A stretch of DNA of 64,000 nucleotides, from contig VRMN01000005.1 in assembly GCA_008690995.1 (NCBI GenBank), forward strand, positions 186,001 through 250,000. The letters run 5' to 3'. This document shows, piece by piece, positions 35,680 to 47,058 of this stretch. The stretch comes from Porphyridium purpureum. Its lineage: Eukaryota. The position numbers were made by a program, and so were the translations under genes. Numbering within the stretch: position 1 is the first letter of the stretch; the number at the start of each line of letters is the position of its first letter. The notes beneath the pieces were generated by a model that searched no databases, was not told the origin of the DNA, and worked only from the letters and a program-made list of their open reading frames with translations.

Positions 35680-36160
35680 GGTCGCGACGTTCCAATGACG
35701 GTTGGTGCCTGGTTTCGGGCGTCATTTCTCCGAAAAGACGAGTATATCTTAATTTGATGAAGGCGAGGTCAGGGCCGGAATATTTTTCCATGTTTTCTGA
35801 TGACGTTAGACAGGACTGCTGTGGTCAGGTAGCGGCCTGAACCATGTTGTTCCGGTACAACCACGCAGAAGTGCACACCACTCGGCACCTGAAGAATTTT
35901 ATGTTTGACGAGAATATGGTGTTTCTAGAGTGGTCGGCGTATTCGCCAAAACTTCTCATGATGAAGTACTTATGCAGAATACTCTCGCGTAAGGTATACG
36001 AGAGGGTGGAAGTGTCAGATTGTGCCAGAGCTCAAAACTTGCCATCGCACTGGCACTGGAGACGGTGGACCAGCTCATTCCTGGACCAGCTGTTCGCGTC
36101 GCCGCCACATTGCATGTTTGACTTTGCGAGCCTTCGAGTACATACATGCAAGCAAACAGC
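35680..36160 (+). mobile_element. Tc3-like transposase fragment (C-terminal half)
   Basis: FRYNHAEVHT...FLEWSAYSPKLLMMKYLCRILSRKVY resembles FQQDNAxIH...LLDWPARSPDLNPIENLWGILVRxVY. Confidence 0.7.
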
Positions 36161-36640
36161 CATGAACTCAGATTATGTACGGTTGAGTAATGGCCGGAAA
36201 TGGTTCGTGTTTCTCTCTGTATAGGTGTGCTGTTCTTCCTCTCTGTCATCTGACCTTTGTCATTTGTTAGGGAAATGAATCAGTTTATCAAGAAAGTGGA
36301 AAAGTGCATTCTTTGACGCATATTCAGGTTGGTCGCTTTGTTGAGCGGAATTGATTTCGTGAGCAAGGTGAAAGAGCCGTATCACAAACAAGTCGAAGGC
36401 TGAGGGGGCGGCAACGCAGCACCCGCTGAAGGTGAATTACCCTGATCAGGCGGGAGGCCACGTCGCTCGTCTGGACTGAAGTTGGGATTATCTGCGGCGG
36501 AAGACCCGGTTGCCTTCGGACGTGCCCTGAAAAGTAGTGGATCTCTCGTTCGCTTTGGCTCAGTAATTTGGACCCGATACTCGTAGCTTCGCAGGAGGGA
36601 AGCGCTTCTGCTCACTCAAAGTGTTCTAGGAGTGGCGAAG

Positions 36641-37030
36641 ATGGCCGCGGACGCGCGACTGATTGATGCGGTGATTTACAAGGATCTGCGGGCGGTGGAG
36701 GAACTGCTCGAGCAAGGTGCCAACCCGAGTGCTACCGACAAATTCCATTGCTGTACCTTGTCGTGGGCAGCGAGAGGGGGCAAGCTGGATGTCATCCAGC
36801 TACTCCTGAATAAAAAGGCAGACGCAACCATCGCGGACAAGTGGGGAAACACGCCTCTGCACGAGGCGGCTTCCGCAGGTGAGCTAGCTGCAGCTCAGCT
36901 GCTGCTAGCTGCCGGCGTCGACACGAGCGCAACAAACAAGGCGGGCGAGACTGCACTTGATGTCGCTCGCAGTAGGAAGAAACGAATTCCGGCACTTGAG
37001 GCTGCACTGTCCGCACAGTCCGCTTCGTAG
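36641..37030 (+). CDS. Small ankyrin-repeat protein (129 aa)
   Basis: LLEQGANP, TLSWAARGG, GNTPLHEAA, GETALDVA. ATG at 36641. Confidence 0.9.
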   Translation: MAADARLIDAVIYKDLRAVEELLEQGANPSATDKFHCCTLSWAARGGKLDVIQLLLNKKADATIADKWGNTPLHEAASAGELAAAQLLLAAGVDTSATNKAGETALDVARSRKKRIPALEAALSAQSAS

Positions 37031-37196
37031 CGGCGGCGGAAGCGCGTCTGCATCTGCCGCTAGGGTAAGCTCCAATAAAATCACAGCACGCCTCAATTTT
37101 GTGATGTTTGTTGCCCTCTTCATGCGCTTGAACGCACTCTAGTAGCGACATCGTTCGTGGGTTTGCGCACGTGTGGAAGGGGAACCGCACGGAAGG

Positions 37197-40100
37197 ATGG
37201 GGACATTATGGGTGGTTCCACTGCGCGGCGAGTCCTCGCAGATCACTCGCGCTCACCACCTCACGAATGCGCCCAGGCACGGATGGATGCGCCGATGTCG
37301 CGCGCGAGCATTCTGCAAAGCACGGGCCGGTGCCGACGGCGACGGCGGGAAAAGTGGTCTCACAGCAAAGCGGAAAGCGCAGGCGAAGGACGCCCGCGCG
37401 AATGAGCTTGATCAAGCTGATCTTGATGGCGCTACCGCTGTAGCCTCGTCCAAGATGCGAACCCTGGTGGTGGTCGAGTCGCCGGCAAAGGTCAAGACTA
37501 TTGCCAAGTTCCTGCCGCCGAATGAGTTCATTGTGGAGGCATGTGTGGGCCACATTCGCGACATGCCAAAGTCAGCGACGCAGATACCAGCCAAGTATAA
37601 ATCATTTGCATGGGCGCGTCTCGGTGTCGACGTCGAAAACGATTTTGAGCCGCTGTACGTAACGGTAGAAGGCAAGGGCAAAGTAGTTCTCAAGCTCAAG
37701 TCACAACTGAAGCAAGTCGACAAGCTTATTCTGGCGACAGATGGAGACCGCGAGGGTGAGGCTATTTCTTGGCATCTTGTACAGGCACTACAACCCAAAG
37801 TGCCTACTTTTCGTGCCGTCTTCAACGAAATCACGCCATCCGCCGTGCAGTCGGCGTTTCACAACCTCCGCGATATCGACATGAACCTTGTCAAAGCTCA
37901 AGAAACACGTCGCATTCTTGATCGGCTGACGGGCTTTACGCTCTCACCTTTGTTGTGGAAGAAAATCGCGTCGCGATTATCTGCTGGGCGTGTGCAGTCC
38001 GTTGCGCTCAACATGATTGTTGAGCGCGAGCGCGCACGTCTAAGATGCATACCGTGCGAGTACTTTGATGCCAAGGCTCTTCTGATGCTTGACATCAAGA
38101 CAAAAGAGAATGCTGCGGCTGTCTCATTTGAGGGGCGGCTCACGCACGTGCAAGGTCGACGCTTAGCAGTTGGAAAGGATTTTGACCTATATACAGGTGC
38201 CCTATCTGCCGCAGCGGAAGGAGCTGATGTTTATCATATGACCAACTCACAATGCGGAGAGATTGTTCAACACGTTTTGGAAGGAAAGCATGACGCTGAT
38301 CAAAGATTGCTTGTTCACAGAGTTGAACGAAAGCGCGTGCGCCGGAACCCACCGTTGCCGTTCATTACGTCGACACTTCAGCAAGAGGCGTCAACAAAAC
38401 TTGGTCTTGGCGCGGGCGCATGCATGCGTGTGGCCCAATCACTCTATGAGGCTGGCTACATCACATACATGCGTACGGATAATCCAAACATGTCAAAGGA
38501 CGCCTTGCAAGCTGCCAAGGAGCTGGTGCGGTCGACATACGGTGAAGAATATTTGGTTGATTCGGACGAGCAGGAGCAACAGAGGGTGAAAAACAAAACA
38601 CTGTCTTCGAAGACAAAAGAAAAAGCGAAAAACAAGCAAGAGGCTCATGAAGCCATTCGGCCGGCGGGTTTCGAATTCAAATCACCCGCTCAGCTGAGCT
38701 CAAGTTTAGAAGGACAAGAGTTGGCGCTGTACGGACTTATCTATGCACGCTCCGTTGCTTCCGTCATGTCACAGTCTGTTTCAGACACGACCACGGTCAC
38801 AATCGAGCTGCAAAGTTCTAATGCCAGAATCCACGGGTCATTGTTCCGCGTGTCAGGCTCTGTGCGAGTCTTCGAAGGATTTCTTCGCGTCTATCATGAT
38901 CTCGAGCATCAAATGACGAACGAGGCGAAAGTGGCGCTTTCAGACGACGAGGAGATGGACGCGAAAGCTAGCGCCATTCAGCTTCCGCCAATGGAGCAAG
39001 GTGATAAAGTGCTGCTGCAATCGCTTGAACCGCTTGCTCACGTGACGAAACCGCTCCCTCGTTTTACTGACGCTTCTCTGGTCAAGGAACTCGAGACTTG
39101 CGGAGTAGGGCGGCCGTCCACGTACGCATCTGTCATTGAAACTCTGATCACTCGCAATTATGTTCGTCGCGTCTCCTCTTCTGAGACTTCGGCTCTTGTT
39201 GGTGGTGGAGGGGCTGATCTCCGGGCACAGCGATCTACGCGTCTGCCGCTTGCCCCTCTTCTCGTATCCTTTGCGGTCAATGATTATTTGTGTGCGCACT
39301 TCCCGAACCTCGTGAATGTTGAATTTACTGCGCGCATGGAGGAGCGGCTGGACCGCATTGCATCGGGCACTGACAACCGAAGTGCGTACCTGAGCGAGTT
39401 CTATTTGGGTGACTCCGGGCTGGCTCTTCAGGCCCGGGCTTCCGAAGAAAGTGTGGACAAACAGGACGCCCGGCGCGTAGTGCTACCTACTGGGGATCGC
39501 TTGCGCCAGATGGACGTCGAAGTCTTTGTGGGGTCATGGGGTCCTTATTTGGTGTGTCGTCGGGTCTTGCCTGGTGTAGTGACCGCAAAACAAAATGGAA
39601 ACAGTGCGCTTCAAGTAGAGGCCGAGGAGGAAAAAGTGTCGCTTCCAGTAGATATTCTTGCAGATGAACTCATGCCGGAAAGAATTGATGCGCTGTTGTC
39701 GTTCGCGCGCGATCCCACACTTGGAAAGGATCCCGTAACGGGGCTGAGTGTTCTACTGAAAACTGGTCGGTACGGCCCGTATATTCAGCTGGGACACCCA
39801 GAAGACTATGAGGGAAAGGGGCAGAAGCCGCGCTGCGTCGGATTGCTCCGCGGAATGGACCCATCCGGTGTCGACCTTGAGACGGCGCTGCGTCTTTTGT
39901 CATTGCCACGAGAATTGGGGCATCATCCTGAGTCAGGTGATGTGATCAAAGTCTTCAACGGCCGCTTCGGACCCTTCATCCAGATGGGCGACAGCATCAG
40001 CGTGTCTCTCAGACCAGAAGATGATTTGCTGCATCTCGAACTGGATCGCGCCTTGGAACTGATTGAGGAAAAGGTAAGCGGTGTCGGTGGGCTTCACGAC

Positions 40101-40586
40101 GCACTCGCGCTGAATCGCAAGGTGGGGGAAATTGATGGCGATGAAGTTCATCTGGCGAGTGGCAAATTCGGACCCTACTTGAAGCATTTGGGAAAGATAT
40201 ATAGGCTGCCCAAGGATTTGGATGCCAAGACTCTCAACATTGACGACGCTGCAGCGTGTATCCGGAATGATAACGCGAGGTCCAAGACGAAAAGTACCAC
40301 CAAAGCCAAAGCTGGGACGGCGAAAATTGCAAAGACCAAAGCCGGAACGCGGAAGGTTGCAGCATCTGAGTCTGGCAAGCCCAAAACCGAGAAAGAAGGC
40401 GGAGAAGCAAAAGCAGTGAAGGCCAAGCGTGGATCGGCTTCAGCGAAAGGAACCGATTCAAAGAAGCAAGAACGTTCTCTGGTTGGGACCTCGAAAGCGA
40501 CTCGGCAAGCTGCTGGAGATACTGGGAAGAAACGAGGGCGCCCACAGGCGGCGGGAATCATCGGGAGAAGTCCGACTGGCGAATAA
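37197..40586 (+). CDS. topA: DNA topoisomerase IA, bacterial type, probably organelle-targeted
   Basis: VVESPAK, GHIRD, ATDGDREGEAISWH, SAGRVQS, ITYMRTD (catalytic Tyr), QEAHEAIRP, GVGRPSTYAS, C-terminal GRYGPY/GRFGPF repeats and a Lys-rich tail. N-terminal Arg/Ala-rich extension. Confidence 0.95.
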   Translation: MGTLWVVPLRGESSQITRAHHLTNAPRHGWMRRCRARAFCKARAGADGDGGKSGLTAKRKAQAKDARANELDQADLDGATAVASSKMRTLVVVESPAKVKTIAKFLPPNEFIVEACVGHIRDMPKSATQIPAKYKSFAWARLGVDVENDFEPLYVTVEGKGKVVLKLKSQLKQVDKLILATDGDREGEAISWHLVQALQPKVPTFRAVFNEITPSAVQSAFHNLRDIDMNLVKAQETRRILDRLTGFTLSPLLWKKIASRLSAGRVQSVALNMIVERERARLRCIPCEYFDAKALLMLDIKTKENAAAVSFEGRLTHVQGRRLAVGKDFDLYTGALSAAAEGADVYHMTNSQCGEIVQHVLEGKHDADQRLLVHRVERKRVRRNPPLPFITSTLQQEASTKLGLGAGACMRVAQSLYEAGYITYMRTDNPNMSKDALQAAKELVRSTYGEEYLVDSDEQEQQRVKNKTLSSKTKEKAKNKQEAHEAIRPAGFEFKSPAQLSSSLEGQELALYGLIYARSVASVMSQSVSDTTTVTIELQSSNARIHGSLFRVSGSVRVFEGFLRVYHDLEHQMTNEAKVALSDDEEMDAKASAIQLPPMEQGDKVLLQSLEPLAHVTKPLPRFTDASLVKELETCGVGRPSTYASVIETLITRNYVRRVSSSETSALVGGGGADLRAQRSTRLPLAPLLVSFAVNDYLCAHFPNLVNVEFTARMEERLDRIASGTDNRSAYLSEFYLGDSGLALQARASEESVDKQDARRVVLPTGDRLRQMDVEVFVGSWGPYLVCRRVLPGVVTAKQNGNSALQVEAEEEKVSLPVDILADELMPERIDALLSFARDPTLGKDPVTGLSVLLKTGRYGPYIQLGHPEDYEGKGQKPRCVGLLRGMDPSGVDLETALRLLSLPRELGHHPESGDVIKVFNGRFGPFIQMGDSISVSLRPEDDLLHLELDRALELIEEKVSGVGGLHDALALNRKVGEIDGDEVHLASGKFGPYLKHLGKIYRLPKDLDAKTLNIDDAAACIRNDNARSKTKSTTKAKAGTAKIAKTKAGTRKVAASESGKPKTEKEGGEAKAVKAKRGSASAKGTDSKKQERSLVGTSKATRQAAGDTGKKRGRPQAAGIIGRSPTGE

Positions 40587-40763
40587 ATCATTAGTTTTTT
40601 TTCTTTTCTTTATGTATGTATAACGAAGATGAATTGCGTTTCGAATCCCGTCCAAGCGATACGCCCCGAAAGCCGTTGGAAGACTGCAAGTGACTCACTG
40701 CCCTGTGTGGCTTTCGAAAGCAAGTGTTGACTTTCCAACGCAAAGATGATAATTGCACTGCGA

Positions 40764-42749
40764 CTATGTACGGGAACTTTCGCGTTTCAGAGAGACTTCT
40801 AGTGTGCGACCGCTCGGCAAAGTAAACCCATCCATGGCTGCGATTGCGGTGGCAGCTGCGTGTGCATGATCAAAGCTGATGAACCCAAAACACTTGGAGC
40901 GACCTGTCTTCTTATCGACGTACACCTTGCTCGAAAGAATGCGCCCGAAGATAGAAAATGCACCCGCGAGAGCACTGTCATCCCATTCGATGGGGATATT
41001 GAATATGAATATGTTGCAGCCAGGAGGACCTCCGACCGTGCGGGAACCACCGCCCATGGCATTGGGCCAGCCCCTTTGACTTGTTCGTCCTGATTTTTGT
41101 TGCTTTGATAGTGTCGCTTCGTTTGAGCGCTTCTGCTGGTGCTGGTGCTGGTGCTGCTGCCATCCTGATACGCGAGGGAATGAACTACCGCTACTGCTGT
41201 TGTTGGTGTCACGCTCTGGACTAAGCTGCTGCGGCGATCGATGCGAGGTCTCTCTACCAGGCGCTGCTGCTGGTGACTGTTTGGAATATGCACGCGCTGG
41301 CTCGACCCATACAGATGTCGAATCCGTGTCACGGCTGGCGGAGTCGTAACCACTTGTCGCTGCTAGCGCGCGTTGTTGCATAACAAGATTCAATGCGGCT
41401 GGGTTGGAAGGGTAATTGCCCTGAGGCACGAGCGACGTCTGCATCACATCGTGTCCCGAAACGGATAGTGCTTGGGAGGTGTTTTCTTGCTCAGCCAGCA
41501 AGAGACCATCCGAGGGTTGCTCTATACTACTGCTTTTGTCAAGGGGCTGGTCCTCTGCTTCCTCCGCCAGTGTTGTTTCTTCGTAGTTCGCGGGCCTGTC
41601 CTGTTGGTCCGCGCCAGCAGGCATGCGGTGCTTCTCATGCGCAAAGCGCACATTGAGAGGACGATGGCCCGGAAAGGGACAAAAGCCATCCAAGGATTGT
41701 ATCGTGAGGATGGCCTCCTCGCTGGTTGCAAAGCGCGCAAAGGCACAGCCCTGACTTCGCCCGCTGCGACGAAGCACACGCGTTTCCAGCACGCGCCCGT
41801 AACAGTTGAGCAGAGCCGCCAGTTCAACCTCCGTCACATACCCAGGGAGCTGGCCGATGAAAAGTTTCGGAGGCATTCCCGATCCAGGGTTCGCTAGAGC
41901 CATCGTGGACTCGGCAGGTGATCCGGGCGAGTTCGTGGCACCTTCGGCGTCCGAGATATGGTCAGTAAAATTGCTGGTTGATGCCGCCCGAGATCTACTA
42001 CTACATTCCGTGGGCCGGCTTGAATCCCGCTGCGCAGCGGCAAACTTAATTTGCAGTCCATTCCGCATGCTTGTGACGGGCCGAGTCCCATGGAGTGCCT
42101 CACGTGCGGCACTCGCTGCGCTCGACTGAACAAAAGTGCAGAAGCCACATCCTCGACTCACAAACGTGCGACTGTTCCGAAGAACCATGATATCCGAGAT
42201 GTCGCCGAACGGGCTCATGATATTGAACAAATTTTCCTCTGTCCAGGAGCGTGGTAGCTGCCCGATGAAAAGCTTCTTGTCACTGAGCTTCTTCTCTTGC
42301 AGCCAGCGTGAGTGTGTCCCCGAGCCACGAAATTCGGATGAAACGTGACTTGTCGCATCAATCGGCGAGTTTCCTGAAGAAGACGCGGCCGCATGACCCT
42401 CTGCAGGTCCTGAGCCACAGCGCATACAGGTGTCTAAGGACTGCGTGACCGGTAGCGCGCGCACATCTGACCGCTCAGCGCTTGATTGAGGTGGCTGGGA
42501 CACATCCTGTCCCATAGTCGTTCCGCCGAGGGTCGGACTGCCGATGAAGGAAGGTTCAATGTCCCCGGAACGGACGGCGTGTTCATGAAAATGTGCTTCG
42601 ATCGGAACACGACGTACTACTCCGGTTTCATTTTGCAATGAAATGCCCGCGTGACGAGTGTCTTGCTCGTGAACCTCGGTTGGCTTCATGTGTGCCCCGC
42701 CCAATGGTGCAGCATTGTGCGCGTCCGGGCGCTCGTGCAAGACATTCAT
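40764..42749 (-). CDS. CELF/Bruno-like RNA-binding protein with 3 RRMs
   Basis: Two KLFIGQLP...(SRGCGF/SQGCAF) RRMs and a C-terminal GPPGCNIFIFNIP...SKCFGFISF RRM. Confidence 0.9.
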   Translation of the reverse strand: MNVLHERPDAHNAAPLGGAHMKPTEVHEQDTRHAGISLQNETGVVRRVPIEAHFHEHAVRSGDIEPSFIGSPTLGGTTMGQDVSQPPQSSAERSDVRALPVTQSLDTCMRCGSGPAEGHAAASSSGNSPIDATSHVSSEFRGSGTHSRWLQEKKLSDKKLFIGQLPRSWTEENLFNIMSPFGDISDIMVLRNSRTFVSRGCGFCTFVQSSAASAAREALHGTRPVTSMRNGLQIKFAAAQRDSSRPTECSSRSRAASTSNFTDHISDAEGATNSPGSPAESTMALANPGSGMPPKLFIGQLPGYVTEVELAALLNCYGRVLETRVLRRSGRSQGCAFARFATSEEAILTIQSLDGFCPFPGHRPLNVRFAHEKHRMPAGADQQDRPANYEETTLAEEAEDQPLDKSSSIEQPSDGLLLAEQENTSQALSVSGHDVMQTSLVPQGNYPSNPAALNLVMQQRALAATSGYDSASRDTDSTSVWVEPARAYSKQSPAAAPGRETSHRSPQQLSPERDTNNSSSGSSFPRVSGWQQHQHQHQQKRSNEATLSKQQKSGRTSQRGWPNAMGGGSRTVGGPPGCNIFIFNIPIEWDDSALAGAFSIFGRILSSKVYVDKKTGRSKCFGFISFDHAHAAATAIAAMDGFTLPSGRTLEVSLKRESSRT

Positions 42750-43725
42750 TCAATGCCCTTCGCAGTTGGTCATTACAGCCTCGACGCTCCACCCTGCAAG
42801 CGCAATGGCCCCATACTCTGTCAGCCACTGCAAGCCGCTGTGTGTGTCCTTTTGGTGCGAGCTATTCCCCTTTGCTGCCCCAGCGTCTGCGACGCGATCC
42901 GCTCGGCTCCCTGTCCGACCTGTGCGCGCATTCAAAATTCGCGACCACCCTTGACCGCACGCGCCGAGCAGCACGTGAGCAAACTGTGAAGAAACGAGTC
43001 GGTGGCTCGAGCCCGTATTTCGTACCTACTTCCAAGCGCCGCCGGTTCCACTTTGTGCACGTGCGGCTTCACGTTTGGAACGTCGGGTACCAGAGTGTAT
43101 CTGTCTACACACACGCGTGCCAGCGAGTCCAAAACACAGCGAGGCGCGCGTCCTTGATCTCAGCACACAGCGCCGTCCGTTCTGTTCTATGCTGCTTTTC
43201 TCAAGCACGCGCCGTCTTGTCGCCGTGCGTGAACGTCCTGTGAGAGGGAGCGAGAGAGCGAGAGAAGCTTTATTTCAGGCGTATGGACGACGAGACCCAA
43301 CGGAGATACAGCATCGCTTTGGTACCAAAGCCGTGACAGCACTGGCGGGCTCAGCCGCGCAGAATGGCGGAAATAAACCCCCATGGACCAGCACCTGCCC
43401 ACCACCCAACGCGCTCAGCGTGATGAGAAAGCCGGTGGTGAAAAGGGACACACAGACCAAACACGCCGCGGAACCAAAGAAACCAAAGAAAGAAAAAGGA
43501 AAAAAAGAAAAAAAAACGGCGCGCGCGCACGCGCTCAACGGAAATGACGCCGGCGGTACAGCGCGTGCTCCAGCGCACTGTACTTCGGCCCGCACGGTCG
43601 CAACACTCCGGAGAAGTACAGTCTCGCGCTAACTGGAGGTACAGTTTGTGTTTGCAGCGCCCTTTTGAACGCGTCTGTTTCCGCATTCTGTTTCTCCTTG
43701 CCGAGTCTGTGTTTTGCCACGAAGG

Positions 43726-43733
43726 TATAAATA
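43726..43733 (+). promoter_or_regulatory. Candidate TATA box upstream of the E2 gene
   Basis: TATAAATA about 500 bp upstream of ATG 44230, followed by a GTAAGT donor-like site at 43754. Confidence 0.35.
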
Positions 43734-44202
43734 GAGCAGTAGTCGTAGTGGTGGTAAGTGTGATGGTGGGTGTGTATGGAAAGGGTGTTGTTTTGGTAGA
43801 GATGGAAAGAAGGCGATGATGAGGATGATGCGCGTTGATAAGAACGTGCGGGACTGCGCGCAAGTGATGCGAGAAACGAGCAGAGTTTGGGTTGCACGGC
43901 GCTGGCAGACGGGAATCTCTAAGCTGTGTTGTTGTGTTGTGTCTAGTTGGGCTTTCGTGGAGTGAGTGGTTGGTAGGTTTGGGTGTATTTTTGGAGAGGG
44001 GGTAGAGAGAGAGAAGAGGGGGGGAAAGTGGCTTGGGGGGTAGAGGGAGAGAGAAAGAAAAGGAGGCCGGGTGAAGGCAGGTTGGGTGGGAGGGTGGAAA
44101 GTAGGGGGTTGAAGAGGGGGAGACGAGGCGCGGAGAAGAGAGACTCGGCAGCGCGGGAGGGAAGGGGGAGGAAGGGAGACGACGCGGGAGGTGTGCGTGT
44201 GA

Positions 44203-44673
<471 letters not shown>

Positions 44674-45390
44674 TGAAGATCGGCCCGGACGGCTCAGGGG
44701 CCGTGCGTGTCATGTCTCGGCCTCGTGCGATGCGTCTGCCATTCCATCGCACGCTGCGGCCTGTCTGATCGCTGCGTCGGTCGATATTTTGAGATGTGTC
44801 GGCGTGGATAAAGGGCGTCTTCATTTCTGCCGTGGTGATGTTTCGGGTGCAGCGCCTTTTGATACAGAGCAAGAATGTTGGCGATCTTTTATTCTGCGTG
44901 CAGCTCATTCGGCGCCATTTGATGTTCTTAAGGGAGTAGGTTCGGTCTCGTGGTCCACGTCAGCCAGTAAAAGGTGCCGGGAAGCGGTTAGATGTTGATT
45001 TGCAGCTGAAGCGAAGCGCGCGCTGGTCCTCTTGGCACGCGAGGGGGCGTCGAGACGCTGCAGTGGCAGCGGCTCTCGTGAATTTTACCGAACGCGCGGC
45101 TTCACGTGAGGTGAGAAATTTGCGAACATCCGCATACTGAGTTCTAATTGATAAATTTGGGTGATTTTGCTTATACTTCGCTCGAGAAAGTTCGGGAGGA
45201 ATGGGAGAGCGGCGTGTGGAAAGCTTTTGATTGATTCGTCTTCGGGAGCAGGTTTGGGTCCATAACTACGGAGGAGGACTGCGGCACACAATCAGGCAGT
45301 CCACGCCGGTATCCGAGCGCTACGAATAGTACGTGTGCAGAAAGCAAGACGCGTGAATCCTTGCGGTCCCACCCTCCGGGCTGCGCAATC

Positions 45391-46305
45391 ATGGACGATG
45401 AGTTGGACGGTGCCTTGGGCTCGTCCCTGAGGCGACGGGCTGGCTCTTTCCCCAGTGACAGCCATTTTGGAGGTGCACATTCTCGACAGAGCGGCGCTCA
45501 GGGCGTGTCTCCGGGCAGTGCTACCCACGATGTGCAACCTGGCGAAAATTGCGAGCCTTCGGATGTCATCGATGTCAGTGAACGAAAGTGGGACGACGGT
45601 TTGGGCTCCGCCTCGGTTGAAGCGGGTTCCGCGGGTGACGCACCGGCGGAAACCGCATCGCCATTTGAATGCAACATTTGTTTCGACCTTCCGAGGGACC
45701 CGGTCGTGACGCAATGCGGACACTTGTACTGTTGGCCTTGTCTTTTTCGATGGATGAACGTCGGTCCGTCGTCGGGCGCCGCGCGCCACCCGACGGCGCC
45801 CACGTTGTGTCCAGTGTGCAAGTCGGTGGTACAGAAGAGCACGGTAATTCCAATTTACGGGCGCAACAGTTCCGAGAACAAAGACCCTCGCGAAAGCCCA
45901 GTTGAAGATGTCCCGCCGCGTCCATTGGGCCAAAGGTCGGAAGCCCCGCAAGTCGAGGCACGGCCTGCCGGGATCAACTTCCCGCCGTATTTTGGCGTGC
46001 CAAACGGCCGATTCAGCGCGCATGAAAATGCGTATGGCTCGTTTTCCTTTACCGCGTTCGGACTTTTCCCGCAGATTTTCGGCTTTTACATGAATTACCC
46101 CCCGGGCGGAGCCGGCATGAATGTGAATCACCAGCCAGGACCAGGTCCGAGTATAGGATCTGTGAGGCCGAATCATCGAGACGCTCGGCATCCTGGGCAA
46201 TCACACGGACCGGCCCTCACACCTGAACAACAGAGTCAAGAATTTCTCAGTCGAATCCTCTTGATTTCGGCTCTGTTTGTAATCTTTTTCCTGCTCTTCT
46301 GTTGA
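45391..46305 (+). CDS. RNF5/RMA1-type tail-anchored RING E3 ubiquitin ligase
   Basis: FECNICFD...PVVTQCGHLYCWPCLFRW...CPVCK, VIPIYGR, VPPRP.GQR and a C-terminal TM (FLSRILLISALFVIFFLLFC). Confidence 0.93.
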   Translation: MDDELDGALGSSLRRRAGSFPSDSHFGGAHSRQSGAQGVSPGSATHDVQPGENCEPSDVIDVSERKWDDGLGSASVEAGSAGDAPAETASPFECNICFDLPRDPVVTQCGHLYCWPCLFRWMNVGPSSGAARHPTAPTLCPVCKSVVQKSTVIPIYGRNSSENKDPRESPVEDVPPRPLGQRSEAPQVEARPAGINFPPYFGVPNGRFSAHENAYGSFSFTAFGLFPQIFGFYMNYPPGGAGMNVNHQPGPGPSIGSVRPNHRDARHPGQSHGPALTPEQQSQEFLSRILLISALFVIFFLLFC

Positions 46306-47058
46306 GCTCCTTCGACAAACCGGAGCACACCGAGTGAGTCAACTGATTGACGCTGCTTTTGTGGAGAATATTCTGGTCAAGTGCCGGGAGTCGCTTTCGC
46401 GTGGAACTTGGTCTCTTGGAGACGCGTTTAGACAGCACACAAGCAGTGTACTTTTTCTTCTCATGTGCTCGCGACGTGCAGGAACTGCTCGGATATGCGA
46501 AAAGCGGTTCGTTCGAAAGTTTTCGACTTGGACTTGTTGCAGGGTTCAACTCGAACCGTATCCAGGATCGCAAAGTCGGTTGCCGCAGTTTGCAGAAGCA
46601 AAACACTTTTTGCATCCTTTTCGACGGGGTTGCTGATGTTTGGGTCCCTCTGTGAAAATGTGAAGACGTCCGTGAAGGACGTTGACAATGCACTCGTTCT
46701 TTCCGGAGCATCGTTCACTTACGAGCGAAGTAGATGGACATACATTTAGATGTTCTCCGAAAGCTTATGAAGAGGAATGCAGGAACAGCATCATCGTACG
46801 GAGCAGGAGCTCTCTGACTTCGTCGCGGAAACGTGTATCATTTTTGGCTCTAACTCGTTTAAGCTCTCCGAGTTGACGTGTTGTCTCAGTGGATATTCAA
46901 GGAGCTGTTTACCTCTCAAATTGAAGCTTTGATGCACCTGCACATCTCACCAAAGGTGCACGTTTCTCCCAACCGTTCTCGTTAACTAAAATGTAAAGCC
47001 TTAACATCCATAAAATCAGCTGACCGAGCATAACCAGGACGCAGACTGAAATTTTAAC

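Noticed and set aside
25830..36160. Idea that the Tc3 fragments at 25.9 kb and 35.7 kb are halves of one element split by a MITE-mediated inversion
   Set aside because: Both fragments cover the same GGG-VMVWG region of the transposase, so they are separate copies.
36380..36600. Possible snRNA or other ncRNA (AATTTGG Sm-like site)
   Set aside because: No match to U1, U2, U4, U5, U6 or RNase P/MRP hallmark motifs by eye. No tRNA or rRNA was recognised anywhere in the window; an Infernal/Rfam scan would be needed.
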